A DNA stretch of 64,000 nucleotides from Epiperipatus broadwayi (taxonomy: Eukaryota > Animalia > Onychophora), in the NCBI GenBank assembly GCA_028023455.1, contig JAQFVV010000006.1:496001-560000 (forward strand). Direction: 5' to 3'. This document shows, one piece after another, positions 62,749 to 64,000 of the stretch. The number at the start of each line of letters is the position of its first letter. The first letter of the stretch is position 1. The notes under the pieces were generated by a model. It was not told where the DNA came from. It did no database searches and was given only the letters and a program-made list of their open reading frames with translations. The translations under genes were made by a program, and so were the position numbers.

Positions 62749-63083
62749 AATAATACGCTGATGCGTGCGGTGAAACTTTTTTATATAACAATTTATGTAG
62801 GCTTAGCGCTTTCAGAGTTTTGTTACTCTATAATCATAGCCTCATGCAAAACTATCTTTTTTATATTATCCATTTTCTGGAAATGGCAAAACAAGTGTCT
62901 CTTCTATTTATTGAGTTGATGTCACTGGTAATAAAAGAAGCTTCCTTGATTTTTTTCTTGATGTTATTCCTCTCTGACCGTAATCTAAAGAGGCTATGAT
63001 TATGGAGTAACAAAACTCTGAAAGCGCTAAGCCTACATAAATTGTTATATAAAAAAGTTTCACCGCACTCATCAGCATATTAT
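62749..63083. repeat. ~95-bp near-perfect inverted repeat, ~146-bp spacer
   Basis: Arms 62749-62843 and 62990-63083 differ at only a few positions. Confidence 0.85.
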
Positions 63084-64000
63084 TTTTTGAATAGAGATTG
63101 TATTCATTTTATACGATTCTTGTATTTTGCTTTTTAAGGAATTTTTTTTTTTTGCGAGCTATTACAAAAAAATGTTACATTAGTTGAAGTATTTAAAAAT
63201 AAATTTAGGAAATTGCTTAAATCGACTGTGTAAAAGTGTAATTGTCACAGTTGTTAATTATTATGTAAAAGTTGTAATATAGTAGTTGCCTCGTAGTAAT
63301 GGAGACTTACTCAATAGCGATTTATTGCAGCACAACTGTGCACACACTATTTTGGTAGGTTTTGATTCAAAATACAATTTTTGTAATAATTTTACTTTAC
63401 ACAATGCGAAGATAAATATGTAGTTATAAAATTAACATATCATGATAGGCAATAAAAAGGAGAAACAGATTCATTGTAAAATTTAAAAAATATATATATA
63501 TATTTAAGTGTTTTTAAAGTTATTAATTTATAATTATTCATAAAATTATAAATCTGTAAATTGTCATGTGTATTAGTTTGATTACATACTGTTAGAATTA
63601 GAATTAAAATAATATAACATAAAAAAGTATTACCAATGGCATTTCATGCTGCCAAAAATTAAAAAATAAAATTACTCGTACATTTTATTTTTACACTACA
63701 CCCACTTTTTTACATGTATATGAAGATATCATTTCTTCCAAAATAAATAAAATGATTGACTAATATTTTGTTTTCAAAAGTTTATTAAAGTTAATGTTAA
63801 TAAATTATAATTTGAAAGTGCTATATATTTTTTTTATATAAATTCTAATGATTTTATTGAGCATGTAAAATAATTTTACAATTTATCAGATATGTAATAT
63901 TAAGAATATAGTCTTTCACAGAACAAACAAGTCTGAATATGTCCTAAGATAACTAATGAGCAAGATTCTCAAAGAATCATTTAAATGAACTCTCAAACAG

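Noticed and set aside
1-64000. Intronic C/D snoRNAs, tRNA/rRNA genes, CRISPR arrays
   Set aside because: The RTGATGA hits inspected lacked a paired CTGA and terminal stem; the only tRNA-like piece (44638) lacks an acceptor stem; no regular repeat-spacer array, and the sequence is eukaryotic. A covariance search could still find snoRNAs missed by eye.

Overview
AT-rich eukaryotic (probably invertebrate/arthropod) genomic DNA, mostly large introns of two divergently transcribed housekeeping genes. eIF3 subunit C is on the minus strand (4 coding exons at 28166-28072, 15350-15285, 6350-6274 and 6131-6019; the gene runs off the left edge). The rRNA 2'-O-methyltransferase FTSJ3/Spb1 is on the plus strand (4 coding exons at 37326-37392, 49933-50085, 50163-50242 and 60036-60135; it runs off the right edge). 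They probably share a short bidirectional promoter near 37.1-37.3 kb. The introns hold decayed transposons: an internally deleted Gypsy element, a Penelope-like element (RT + GIY-YIG) with a tRNA-derived SINE inside, RTE and other LINE fragments, and MITE-like fold-backs. The most striking signal is a dispersed non-coding repeat with a ~395-435 nt unit carrying a minimal type I hammerhead ribozyme (CUGAYGA-stem II-GAAA-CUAGUC). It has about 10 copies here, occurs as tandem multimers and fold-back inversions flanked by 10-16 bp target-site duplications, and shows a compensatory base-pair change in stem II. This looks like a retrozyme-like, Penelope-mobilised element. At least three other hammerhead-bearing repeat families are also present. 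All motif calls are by eye, no alignment, folding or database search was run, and boundaries of degenerate elements are approximate.
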